From assembly GCF_042660085.1 (NCBI RefSeq), contig NZ_JBHSTI010000002.1, positions 450,001 through 482,000 of the forward strand: 32,000 bases of DNA, written 5' to 3'. The notes under the pieces were generated by a model. The model ran no database searches. It was given only the letters and a program-made list of their open reading frames with translations, and was not told the origin of the DNA. Positions 1 through 7,829 of the stretch are shown piece after piece. The DNA is from Longivirga aurantiaca. GTDB taxonomy: Bacteria > Actinomycetota > Actinomycetes > S36-B12 > CAIYMF01. Both the position numbers and the translations under genes were made by a program. The first letter of the stretch is position 1; each line of letters opens with the position of its first letter.

Positions 1-1
1 G

Positions 2-1276
2 CTGCACTACGCCGTGCTGCCGTCCATGGCCGTCGGCCCGGACGACCTCGTCTCCTCGATCTCGCTGTCGTCGATGGCCGAGGGGCTCGCGCTGTTCGCC
101 GGCCCGATCCTCGCCGGCGTGGGCACCCAGGCGCTCGGCACCTGGTCGGTGGTCGCGTCCTGCACCGTCGCAGCGGCGCTCGCCACCGTGCTCGTGCTGG
201 GGCTCGGGCTCGCGTCGTCCGCGCCGCCGCACCACGGCGGCGACGACGAGAGCCCGCTGCGCGAGGCGTTCGCGGGCTTCGCCGCGCTGCGAGGCGACCG
301 GGGCGCGATCGCGCTCATGGTGGTGCTGACGACGTTCTTCGTCTTCATCGGCGCGATGGACGTGCTCGGCGTCGCCTACTCCGAGGACGTGCTGGGCCTC
401 GGCCACTCCGGCTCGGGCCTGCTCATCGGCGCGGCCGGGATCGGCGCCTTCGTCGGGGCCGCGATCGCCGCGTCGTTCGTGCGCCGTCGCGAGCTGACGC
501 CGGTCATCCTGGTCAGCGGCGTGCTCCTCGGGGCGGGGCTCGGCGCCGTGGCCCTGTTCACCGCGCTGCCCCCGGCGATGGCGGTGCTCGCCATCGGCGG
601 CCTCGCCGGCCAGCTGCTGATGGTCGCGGGGCGCACGCTGCTGCAGCGCTCGACGGACGACTCGGTCATCGCACGCGTCTTCGCCGTCCAGGAGAGCACC
701 TCGCTGCTCGGGCTGGCGCTCGGCTCCGCTCTCGCGCCGGTGCTGGTCGCCCTCATCTCCGCCCGTGGCGCGTTCATCCCGCTCGGCATCGGCATCGTCG
801 CGTGCGCCTTCGTGTGCGCAGCGTTCATCCGCTCGCTCGACGCGCGCGCGGTCTACCGCCCGGTCGAGATGGAGCTGCTGCGCTCGGTGCCGTTCCTCGG
901 CGTGCTGCCGCCGTACGAGCTCGAGCGGCTCGCGAAGACGGTCACCTGGCGCGAGGTGCCCGAGGGCACGGTCGTGGTCACCGAGGGCGAGCCCGGTCGG
1001 GACTTCTTCATCGTGGACGAGGGCTCGCTCGCCGTGCAGGTCGGCGGCGTCACCAGCCCCGAGCCGCTGACGGCTCCGGGGTGGTTCGGCGAGATCGCGC
1101 TGCTGCAGGACGTGCCGCGCACGGCCACGATCACGGCGCTCACGCCCGTGCGACTGCTGCGCATCCAGGCCGAGGACTTCCTCGCCGCCGTCACCGGCAG
1201 CCCGGACGGCCGGGCGCTCGCATCGGAGATCTCGGCGGGGCACCTCGCCCGCGACGCCGCCCGGCGAGCCACCTAG
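2..1276 (+). CDS. MFS-type transporter, C-terminal half (5' end cut by window edge), fused to a C-terminal cyclic-nucleotide-binding (CAP effector-type) domain
   Basis: The frame is open from base 2 (LHYAVLPSM...). About six hydrophobic helices are followed by ...RDFFIVDEGSLAV...GWFGEIALLQDVPRTATITALTPVRLLRI..., a typical cNMP-binding beta-barrel. Stop at 1274-1276. Confidence 0.8.
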   Translation: MHYAVLPSMAVGPDDLVSSISLSSMAEGLALFAGPILAGVGTQALGTWSVVASCTVAAALATVLVLGLGLASSAPPHHGGDDESPLREAFAGFAALRGDRGAIALMVVLTTFFVFIGAMDVLGVAYSEDVLGLGHSGSGLLIGAAGIGAFVGAAIAASFVRRRELTPVILVSGVLLGAGLGAVALFTALPPAMAVLAIGGLAGQLLMVAGRTLLQRSTDDSVIARVFAVQESTSLLGLALGSALAPVLVALISARGAFIPLGIGIVACAFVCAAFIRSLDARAVYRPVEMELLRSVPFLGVLPPYELERLAKTVTWREVPEGTVVVTEGEPGRDFFIVDEGSLAVQVGGVTSPEPLTAPGWFGEIALLQDVPRTATITALTPVRLLRIQAEDFLAAVTGSPDGRALASEISAGHLARDAARRAT

Positions 1277-1293
1277 CCGCGCACAGCGGGGAG

Positions 1294-1312
1294 GCCTGAG
1301 CGCCTCTCAGGC
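1294..1312. terminator. Hairpin between convergent genes
   Basis: GCCTGAG-cgcct-CTCAGGC forms a 7-bp stem in the 50-bp gap between the MFS gene and the cyclo-ligase gene. No U-tract. Confidence 0.35.
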
Positions 1313-1326
1313 GGCCTGGGGCACCT

Positions 1327-2010
1327 TCATCCGGAGAAGCGCCGGTAGGTGGTCGGCGTGAGGACGGCGTCGACGGGACGGTCGTGGGGCTCGTGCGGGA
1401 CGGAGTCGAGCACCTCGTCGTCGTGGACGACGGCGACGAGCAGCGGGCCGCCGTCCAGGTGCTCGGGCACGTCGGCGAGGAGCCGGTCGTAGAAGCCGCC
1501 GCCCTGGCCGAGCCGGCAGCCGTCGTGACCGACCGCCAGCGCGGGCACCAGCACCACCGAGCATCCCGACGCGGCGAGGCCGGCGGCGCCCGTGCCGAGC
1601 GCGGGGTCGGCAGCAGGCTCGGGGATCGCGAGCCTGTGCGCACGCGGCACGAGGTCGTCGGAGTCCCAGCCCCAGTCGAGGCGGCCGTCGTCGCGGATCA
1701 CGGGCAGCAGCACCCGTACGCCGGACAGAGCGAGGAGCGCCCGCAGCGCGCCGGTGCCCGGCTCGTCGCCGAGCGAGGCGTACGCCGCCACCACGCCACC
1801 ACCCGCGGCGACCAGCGCCGTCACCTCGGGGACCGTCCCGACCCGGACTGCCAGGCCGGACGCCACCTGCTCGCGGTCCGTCGCCGACCGCGCCGCCCGG
1901 GCCGTGCGCAGCCGTCGGCGCAGGACCTTCTTGGCGTCCGCGTCGTACGCCGCCCGGCCGCCGGCGGGGTCGGGGGCGGAGGTCGGCGAGGGGTCTCCCG
2001 GCAACGTCAC
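1327..2010 (-). CDS. 5-formyltetrahydrofolate cyclo-ligase
   Basis: Only the last ~227 codons of the 965-aa track ORF look real. KKVLRRRLRTARAA, VLLPVIRDDGRLDW and AVGHDGCRLGQGGGFYDRLL fit the 5-FCL family. Start placed at GTG 2010 with AGAGGGGA about 11 nt upstream; the start is uncertain. Confidence 0.75.
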   Translation of the reverse strand: MTLPGDPSPTSAPDPAGGRAAYDADAKKVLRRRLRTARAARSATDREQVASGLAVRVGTVPEVTALVAAGGGVVAAYASLGDEPGTGALRALLALSGVRVLLPVIRDDGRLDWGWDSDDLVPRAHRLAIPEPAADPALGTGAAGLAASGCSVVLVPALAVGHDGCRLGQGGGFYDRLLADVPEHLDGGPLLVAVVHDDEVLDSVPHEPHDRPVDAVLTPTTYRRFSG

Positions 2011-2034
2011 GAGGTCATGATCCCCTCTGCGCCG

Positions 2035-2040
2035 TAGGGT
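2035..2040 (+). promoter_or_regulatory. -10-like TAGGGT 6 nt before the GTG of moeA (candidate leaderless promoter)
   Basis: TAGGGT-cggggg-GTG. No purine-rich RBS fits between the hexamer and the start. Confidence 0.4.
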
Positions 2041-2046
2041 CGGGGG

Positions 2047-3264
2047 GTGCGCAGCGTCGAAGAGCATCTCCAGCGGGTCCTGGCAGGGGTCGTGCCCCTG
2101 TCCCCGTTGGACCACACCCTGCTCGACGCGCGCGGCTGCGTGCTCGCCGAGGACGTCACCGCGCCCTGGCCGCTGCCGCCGTTCGACAACTCCGCGATGG
2201 ACGGCTACGCCGTGCGCGTCGAGGACGTCAAGGCCGCGAGCGACGGCAAGCCCGTCGTGCTGCGCGTCGTCGACGACGTCCCGGCCGGCTACCGCGCGAG
2301 CGTGCCCGTCACCGAGGGCACCGCGATCCGGATCATGACCGGTGCCCCGATGCCCGAGGGCGCCGAGGCCGTCGTCCCGGTCGAGTGGACCGACGGCGGC
2401 ATGCCCGAGGTCACGATCATGCGCGACGTGGCGCACGGGGCGCACGTGCGCTCGCGCGGCGACGACGTCTCGCTCGGCGATGTCGTGGCGACGTCCGGCA
2501 CCGTGCTCGGCCCGCGCGAGATCGCGCTGCTCGCCGCCGTCGGCCGCGGCCGCGTCTCGGTGCACCCGGCGCCGCGCGTGGTGATCCTGTCGACGGGCAG
2601 CGAGCTGGTCGAGCCGGGCACCCCGCTGCAGCCCGGCCTCATCACCGACTCGAACGGCTACACGATCGCCGCCGCCGTGCAGGAGGCCGGTGCCATCGCC
2701 TACCGCGTCGGCCCGGTGCCCGACGACGCGCCGCTGCTGCTGTCGACCATCGAGGACCAGCTCGTCCGCGCGGACATGATCGTGACGACGGGCGGCGTGA
2801 GCGCCGGCGCGTACGACACGGTGAAGGCCGTGCTCTCGCGCCTCGGCACGGTCGAGTTCACCAAGGTCGCGATGCAGCCCGGCATGCCGCAGGGCCACGG
2901 CTTCCTCGGCCCCGAGCAGACCCCGATCTTCACGCTGCCCGGCAACCCGGTGTCGGCGTACGTCTCCTTCGAGGTGTTCGTGCGGCCGGTGCTGCGCCGC
3001 ATGCTCGGCCACCAGCGCATCTACCGGCCGGTCGTCCGCGCGGTGCTCACGGAGACCCTGATGTCGCCGCAGGGCAAGCGCCAGTTCGCCCGTGGCCACC
3101 TGTCGGTCGAGGAGGGCCGCTACGTCGTGCGCCCCGCCGGCGGTCAGGGCTCGCACATGCTCGGTGCCATGGCGCAGGCCAACTGCCTCGTCGTCGTCCC
3201 CGAGGACGTCACCGAGGTGAAGCCGGGCACCGCGCTCGCCGTCCTGCGCCTCGACGAGGCCTGA
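2047..3264 (+). CDS. moeA: Molybdopterin molybdenumtransferase MoeA (gephyrin E-domain-like; Glp-type position in locus)
   Basis: 405 aa. The N-terminus ...EEHLQRVL...PLPPFDNSAMDGYAVR... and the TGGVSAGAYD and LPGNPVSAYVSFEVFVRP motifs are classic MoeA. Confidence 0.92.
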   Translation: MRSVEEHLQRVLAGVVPLSPLDHTLLDARGCVLAEDVTAPWPLPPFDNSAMDGYAVRVEDVKAASDGKPVVLRVVDDVPAGYRASVPVTEGTAIRIMTGAPMPEGAEAVVPVEWTDGGMPEVTIMRDVAHGAHVRSRGDDVSLGDVVATSGTVLGPREIALLAAVGRGRVSVHPAPRVVILSTGSELVEPGTPLQPGLITDSNGYTIAAAVQEAGAIAYRVGPVPDDAPLLLSTIEDQLVRADMIVTTGGVSAGAYDTVKAVLSRLGTVEFTKVAMQPGMPQGHGFLGPEQTPIFTLPGNPVSAYVSFEVFVRPVLRRMLGHQRIYRPVVRAVLTETLMSPQGKRQFARGHLSVEEGRYVVRPAGGQGSHMLGAMAQANCLVVVPEDVTEVKPGTALAVLRLDEA

Positions 3265-3265
3265 C

Positions 3266-3757
3266 ATGACTGCCGACCACGGACTGACGCACGTCGACGA
3301 GACCGGTGCCGCGCGCATGGTCGACGTCAGCGGCAAGGCGGTGAGCGTCCGCTCCGCCGTCGCCACCGGCCGCGTGCTGGTGTCCGACGACGTCGTCCGC
3401 GCCCTGCGCGACAGCACCGTGCCCAAGGGCGACGCGCTCGGTGTCGCGCGCATCGCCGGCATCCAGGCGGCCAAGCGCACCCCCGACCTCGTGCCGCTGT
3501 GCCACCCGATCGCGATCCACGGGGTCGTCGTCGACCTCGACGTGCACGACGACCACGTCGCCATCCGCGCCGAGGTCCGCACCGCCGACCGCACGGGGGT
3601 GGAGATGGAGGCGCTCACCTGCGTATCCGTCGCGGCGCTCGCCCTCGTCGACATGGTCAAGGCGCTCGACCCGTCGGCGACGATCACCGACATCCGCGTC
3701 GAGGAGAAGCTCGGCGGCAAGACCGGGGTCTGGCGCCGCGAGGGGCTCGAGGCCTGA
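3266..3757 (+). CDS. moaC: Cyclic pyranopterin monophosphate synthase MoaC
   Basis: 163 aa: LTHVDETGAARMVDVSGK...KGDALGVARIAGIQAAKRTPDLVPLCHP...TGVEMEALT. ATG lies 1 nt after the moeA stop. Confidence 0.92.
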   Translation: MTADHGLTHVDETGAARMVDVSGKAVSVRSAVATGRVLVSDDVVRALRDSTVPKGDALGVARIAGIQAAKRTPDLVPLCHPIAIHGVVVDLDVHDDHVAIRAEVRTADRTGVEMEALTCVSVAALALVDMVKALDPSATITDIRVEEKLGGKTGVWRREGLEA

Positions 3758-4251
3758 TGCGCGCGCTCGTCATCACGATCTCGACCCGCGCCGCAGCCGG
3801 CGTCTACGAGGACGTGTCCGGCCCGGTGCTGGTCGCGGGGCTCGAGGCGCTCGGGTTCGACGTCGCCGGCCCGACCGTGGTGCCCGACGGCCCGGAGATC
3901 GAGAGCGTGCTCCTCGGCGCCGTGCACGACCGCTTCGACGTGGTCCTCACCACCGGCGGCACCGGGCTGACGCCGAACGACGTCACGCCCGAGCACACCG
4001 CCCGCGTCATCACGCGCGAGGCCCCGGGCATCGCCGAGGCCATCCGCGCTGCCGGCGTCGCCAAGGGCGTGCCCACTGCGGCGCTGTCCCGCGGCCGGGC
4101 CGGCCTCGCCGGGGAGACCCTCATCGTCAACCTGCCCGGCTCGAAGGGTGGCGTGAAGGACGGCATGGCCGTCCTGTCGGAGCTGCTCGTGCACGCCGTG
4201 GAGCAGATCCGGGGTGGCGACCACCCCCGGACGGACGACGGCGCGGCATGA
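3757..4251 (+). CDS. moaB: MoaB/MogA-family molybdenum cofactor biosynthesis protein
   Basis: MRALVITISTRAA...VVLTTGGTGLTPNDVTPE...LSRGRAGLAGETLIVNLPGS. The ATG shares its A with the moaC TGA (TGATG). Only the in-frame C-terminal part of track ORF 3499..4251 is used. Confidence 0.88.
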   Translation: MRALVITISTRAAAGVYEDVSGPVLVAGLEALGFDVAGPTVVPDGPEIESVLLGAVHDRFDVVLTTGGTGLTPNDVTPEHTARVITREAPGIAEAIRAAGVAKGVPTAALSRGRAGLAGETLIVNLPGSKGGVKDGMAVLSELLVHAVEQIRGGDHPRTDDGAA

Positions 4252-4847
4252 CCGTCGGCTGGCCCGTCGTCCTGCGGGATGGCGACGTCGTGCTGCGGCC
4301 GCTGCGCCTGCGGGACGCCCGCGAGTGGCGCGAGGTGCGCGCCCGCAACGCCGAGTGGCTGCGGCCGTGGGAGGCCACGAGCCCGGACCCGGTGTCGGAG
4401 GCGCCCCCGACGTACGGCGCGATGGTGCGGCGCCTGCAGACCGAGGCCCGTCAGGGCCGGTCGATGCCGTTCGTCGTCGAGTTCGGGGGCGCGCTCGTCG
4501 GCCAGCTCACCGTCGGGGGCATCGCCTGGGGCTCGCTGCGCGGCGCCCACATCGGCTACTGGGTCGACCAGAGGGTCGCGGGCCGCGGGATCATGCCGAC
4601 CGCCGTCGCGATGGCGAGCGACCATTGCTTCGCGATCGGCCTGCACCGCGTCGAGATCAACATCCGACCGGAGAACGTCGCCTCGCGCCGCGTCGTGGAG
4701 AAGCTGGGGTTCCGGCCGGAGGGGCTGCGTCCGGCGTACCTCCACATCGACGGCGACTGGCGCGACCACCTGTCGTTCTCCCTGACGGCAGAAGAGGTTC
4801 CGGAGGGTCTGCTCGCGCGCTGGAAGGCTGCGAACGGCTGGGCCTGA
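4248..4847 (+). CDS. GNAT N-acetyltransferase, RimJ/RimL-like
   Basis: MTVGWPVVLRDGDVVLRPLRLRDAREW...GYWVDQRVAGRGIMPTAV...HRVEINIRPENVASRRVVEKLGFRPEG. ATGA overlap with the moaB stop. Same position as rimJ in the conserved actinobacterial moeA locus. Confidence 0.85.
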   Translation: MTVGWPVVLRDGDVVLRPLRLRDAREWREVRARNAEWLRPWEATSPDPVSEAPPTYGAMVRRLQTEARQGRSMPFVVEFGGALVGQLTVGGIAWGSLRGAHIGYWVDQRVAGRGIMPTAVAMASDHCFAIGLHRVEINIRPENVASRRVVEKLGFRPEGLRPAYLHIDGDWRDHLSFSLTAEEVPEGLLARWKAANGWA

Positions 4848-4946
4848 CGCACATCGTCATCCGTGTGGCCGCTCACCGCTCAGCGGTGTCCGCGACACGC
4901 ACCCTCAGTGACGCGTGTGATCCACGGGGTTACCGTGCCGTGACCG

Positions 4947-4952
4947 TAGCCT
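4947..4952 (+). promoter_or_regulatory. -10-like TAGCCT 7 nt before the GTG of the GlpR/SepX-like gene (candidate leaderless promoter)
   Basis: TAGCCT-cgggttc-GTG. Confidence 0.35.
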
Positions 4953-4959
4953 CGGGTTC

Positions 4960-5985
4960 GTGCAGAGCGGATCCGGCGTCCTCGGTGGATCGTGGATCTA
5001 TCTCGTCATCGCCGGCATGTGGGCCCTGGTGCTCGTGCCGATGTGGCTGAAGCAGCACGACGCGAGCCGGGAGTCGAAGTCGGCCGACCGGTTCGCCCGG
5101 GCCATGGGCACCCTGCGCCGCTCGCGCGGTGAGGCCGACGCCGCGCCCGCGCAGCGCGAGGTCCTCATGCCCGGCCGCTCGGCCAAGGTGCGGGAGACCC
5201 AGGTGGTCGTCACCGGGCCGCGCGCCGAGCAGAGCGCGTCCAGCCAGGCCGCCTCGCGCCGGCGCCGGACGCTGTACGTCCTCCTCGGTCTGCTGACCGT
5301 CACGCTGCTCCTCGGCGCCTTCGGTCTGATCCCGCTCGTCGCGGCCGCCGCGCCGCTCGTGCTCGTCCTGGGCTTCCTCGTCGTCGCCCGTCGGCAGGTG
5401 ACGCACGCGGCCGAGATGCGCGCGCGCCGCGAGCGCCGCGCGGCCCTCGCCGAGGCGGCCCGTGCCGCTGACGCCCACTACGCCACCGGCAGCACCGCGG
5501 CGCGTCGGGGCGGACGCGCGATGGACCCGGCCCCCATGTCGGACCGTCGCGGCGAGCTCGTCGCCGACTCCGCGTACGACGCCGTGGCCGCCACCGGCAC
5601 CGACGACGCGTGGCACGCCGTCCCCACCACGCTGCCGACGTACGTCACCGCCCCCCGCGCCACGAAGATGCCGCGCGTCATCGACCTCACCCACCCCGGC
5701 GCCTGGACCGGTGCCGCGATGGTCGAGCAGGCGCGCAGCACCCTCGCCGCCGAGCCGGTCGGCGACGGCGAGATGCGCGTGGAGACCTTCGAGATCACCA
5801 AGCCGCGCGAGGGCCAGCTCGAGCAGCCCGCGCGCGAGCCTGCGGCGTACGCCGACCGCTACGTGCACGACGACGACACGTTCGAGCAGCTGGCGTCGCA
5901 GGAGGACCTCGACGCGCTGCTCGAGGACCCGCGCACCGGCGTCGACCTGCCGGGCGACGGCTACCGCCGCGCCGCCAACGGCTGA
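4960..5985 (+). CDS. Membrane protein, GlpR/SepX-like (candidate divisome receptor of gephyrin-like MoeA)
   Basis: 341 aa. N-terminal TM helix (WIYLVIAGMWALVLVPMWL), two further helices around residues 105-145, then a long acidic cytoplasmic tail. It lies directly after moeA...rimJ-like, as Rv0996, GlpR and SepX do. The assignment rests on architecture and synteny only. Confidence 0.65.
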   Translation: MQSGSGVLGGSWIYLVIAGMWALVLVPMWLKQHDASRESKSADRFARAMGTLRRSRGEADAAPAQREVLMPGRSAKVRETQVVVTGPRAEQSASSQAASRRRRTLYVLLGLLTVTLLLGAFGLIPLVAAAAPLVLVLGFLVVARRQVTHAAEMRARRERRAALAEAARAADAHYATGSTAARRGGRAMDPAPMSDRRGELVADSAYDAVAATGTDDAWHAVPTTLPTYVTAPRATKMPRVIDLTHPGAWTGAAMVEQARSTLAAEPVGDGEMRVETFEITKPREGQLEQPAREPAAYADRYVHDDDTFEQLASQEDLDALLEDPRTGVDLPGDGYRRAANG

Positions 5986-6133
5986 CGCGCGCTTCCTGAG
6001 AACGGCCGCCTGCCCGGCAGAGGGGTCTCTCAGCGTCGTCCCAGGGTGACGGGGGTGCCTCTCACAGGTCGGGTCGGGAACGTAGGGGACGTCGAGGGCG
6101 ACGAGCCCTCCCGACCTCAGGAGAACGACTCAC

Positions 6134-6835
6134 ATGAACAAGAAGCTGACGCTCGTCCTTGCCTCCACCGCCGTCGCCGGCGGTATCGCCCTCGGAGCCA
6201 GCGCCCTCCCGGCCATGGCCTCCACCACGTCGCCGAGCCCGAGCGCCTCGAGCTCCGCCGGCTCCTCCACACCGTCGGTCGACGGCAGCACCGACGCCGA
6301 CCGCACCGCCGACATCCAGGCGCGGATCGCGTCCGAGCTCGCCGGCCTCGTCTCGGACGGCACCATCACCCAGGAGCAGGCCGACAAGGTCGCCGAGACC
6401 CTGGCCTCGAAGATGCCCGCCGGGGGCGGGCACGGGGGCCGCGGTGGTCACGGCGGCGGCTTCGGCGGCCTGACCGCTGCTGCGACCGCGATCGGGATCA
6501 CCGAGGACGAGCTGCGCACCGAGCTCGAGGCGGGCAAGTCCGTCGCGGCCGTCGCCGAGGCCAACGGCGTCTCGGAGCAGACCGTCATCGACGCGATCAT
6601 CGCCGAGGCCAAGGCCCACTTCGCCGAGGAGGTCGCCGCCGGCGAGCACACGCAGGCCGAGGTGGACGCCAAGCTGGCCGACCTGCAGACCCGCGTGACG
6701 ACCATGGTCGAGACCGAGGGCCTGCCCGAGCGCGGCGGCCGCGGCGGTCACGGCCCCGACGGCGACGGCGGTTCCAGCACCCTCACGCCGAACAGCACCA
6801 CCTCGTCGTCGGCCACGGCCAGCTCGGCCGCCTGA
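6134..6835 (+). CDS. Secreted protein, Ser/Thr-rich ends, helical core, Gly/His-rich segments
   Basis: AGGAGAA RBS 8 nt upstream. Signal peptide MNKKLTLVLASTAVAGGIALGASALPAMA. GGGHGGRGGHGGGFGG and GGRGGHGPDGDGG blocks flank helical ...ITQEQADKVAETL.../...ITEDELRTELEAGK... segments. Confidence 0.8.
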   Translation: MNKKLTLVLASTAVAGGIALGASALPAMASTTSPSPSASSSAGSSTPSVDGSTDADRTADIQARIASELAGLVSDGTITQEQADKVAETLASKMPAGGGHGGRGGHGGGFGGLTAAATAIGITEDELRTELEAGKSVAAVAEANGVSEQTVIDAIIAEAKAHFAEEVAAGEHTQAEVDAKLADLQTRVTTMVETEGLPERGGRGGHGPDGDGGSSTLTPNSTTSSSATASSAA

Positions 6836-6900
6836 CGCACGCCCGCTCGACCCGCCTCGTCCCCTGACGTGGTCCTCTCCCGCCCGCTCTCCCCGGGCAC

Positions 6901-6937
6901 CGACGGCCGGCCTGCCTCCCCAGCAGGTCGGCCGTCG
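6901..6937 (+). terminator. GC-rich hairpin downstream of the secreted-protein gene
   Basis: CGACGGCCGGCCTGC-ctcccca-GCAGGTCGGCCGTCG: 15-bp stem with one G.U pair and a 7-nt loop. No U-tract. Confidence 0.5.
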
Positions 6938-6944
6938 CCGATTC

Positions 6945-6984
6945 GGTAGTGGAATCTCGTCACCTGCGCCGAGATTCCACTACC
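6945..6984. repeat. Perfect 15-bp inverted repeat, AT-richer than its surroundings
   Basis: GGTAGTGGAATCTCG-tcacctgcgc-CGAGATTCCACTACC. Arms extend to 20 bp (GATTC.../...CAATC) with one mismatch. Confidence 0.7.
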
Positions 6985-7012
6985 CAATCGGTGGGTCCCC
7001 TCAGCTGAGAAG

Positions 7013-7055
7013 GGATCAGGCTCCGACCCGACGAGCGTGGGACGGAGCCTGATCC
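7013..7055 (-). terminator. Hairpin immediately 3' of tRNA-Ala
   Basis: GGATCAGGCTCCG...(17 nt)...CGGAGCCTGATCC, a 13-bp stem ending 1 nt from the tRNA 3' end. Confidence 0.5.
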
Positions 7056-7056
7056 A

Positions 7057-7132
7057 TGGTGGAGCTGAGGGGACTCGAACCCCTGACCCCCTCGATGCGA
7101 ACGAGGTGCGCTACCAGCTGCGCTACAGCCCC
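7057..7132 (-). tRNA. tRNA-Ala (anticodon CGC)
   Basis: The reverse complement is GGGGCTGTAGCGCAGCTGGTAGCGCACCTCGTTCGCATCGAGGGGGTCAGGGGTTCGAGTCCCCTCAGCTCCACCA. It has a 7-bp acceptor stem with G3:U70, anticodon loop TTCGCAT, a GGTTCGAGTCC T-arm and an encoded CCA. Confidence 0.95.
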
Positions 7133-7303
7133 TTGCGGTGAGGAGAGGGTAGCAAGGCACCGGCAGGCTGCCCAAACCGGATCGATCTGCCGCCGAGCAG
7201 CTGTCGCCGGCGCGACTCCGGCGTACGGCGGGAGCAGGCTGGAGGTGGGACGGGAGCATCCGGGACGCCGGACGCACGGACCCGCCTCGCGAGGAGGTGC
7301 GTC

Positions 7304-7816
7304 ATGAGCACCGTCAGCTCCGGTCCGGTCCTCCACCACCCCCACCCGGCCGTGCGGGTCATCGGCCACGTCGCGGCGGTGGTCGGCGGGGGCCTCGTGC
7401 TCCTCAACGTCGCCTTCGCGGCGTACGCAGCCCTGTTCCAGGTCGTGCGTCGTGTCGGGGCCGTACTGGTGGGTGGAGGCACTCCCACCGAGACGGCGCT
7501 GCTGACCGCGAACGTCGTCGTCCTGGCAGCCTGGCTCATCGCGGTCCGCTGGGTGACGGTCTGGTCGCTGCGGCGCTGGCCGACAGGGCTCGCAACCGCT
7601 GCCTGGCTGGCGGTGCCGACGGCGAGCGTGCTGCTGCCCATCGGGATCGCGCTCGTCGACTACCCGGTCGCCGTCACGCTCACCCTGTGCGGGGTCCTGG
7701 TCGTCGGGGTGCTCTGGCTGATGGCGCGCACCCACCAGCCGTGGGAGCAGCTGCTGTCCGTCGCGTGGGTCGCCGGCGCCCTGGCTGCGATCGTGCTCCT
7801 GGGCATCGACATCTGA
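7304..7816 (+). CDS. Integral membrane protein, unknown function
   Basis: 170 aa with GAGGAGG RBS 6 nt upstream. Five or so hydrophobic helices and no recognisable motif. Confidence 0.75.
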   Translation: MSTVSSGPVLHHPHPAVRVIGHVAAVVGGGLVLLNVAFAAYAALFQVVRRVGAVLVGGGTPTETALLTANVVVLAAWLIAVRWVTVWSLRRWPTGLATAAWLAVPTASVLLPIGIALVDYPVAVTLTLCGVLVVGVLWLMARTHQPWEQLLSVAWVAGALAAIVLLGIDI

Positions 7817-7829
7817 CCCGTGCGTCCGC

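Noticed and set aside
1327-4224. 965-aa minus-strand ORF spanning the whole moeA-moaC-moaB region
   Set aside because: Only its last ~227 codons (the 5-FCL gene) are protein-like. The rest is the stop-free antisense of three well-recognised plus-strand genes, a common artefact in very GC-rich DNA, and is Arg/Gly/His/Asp-rich junk.
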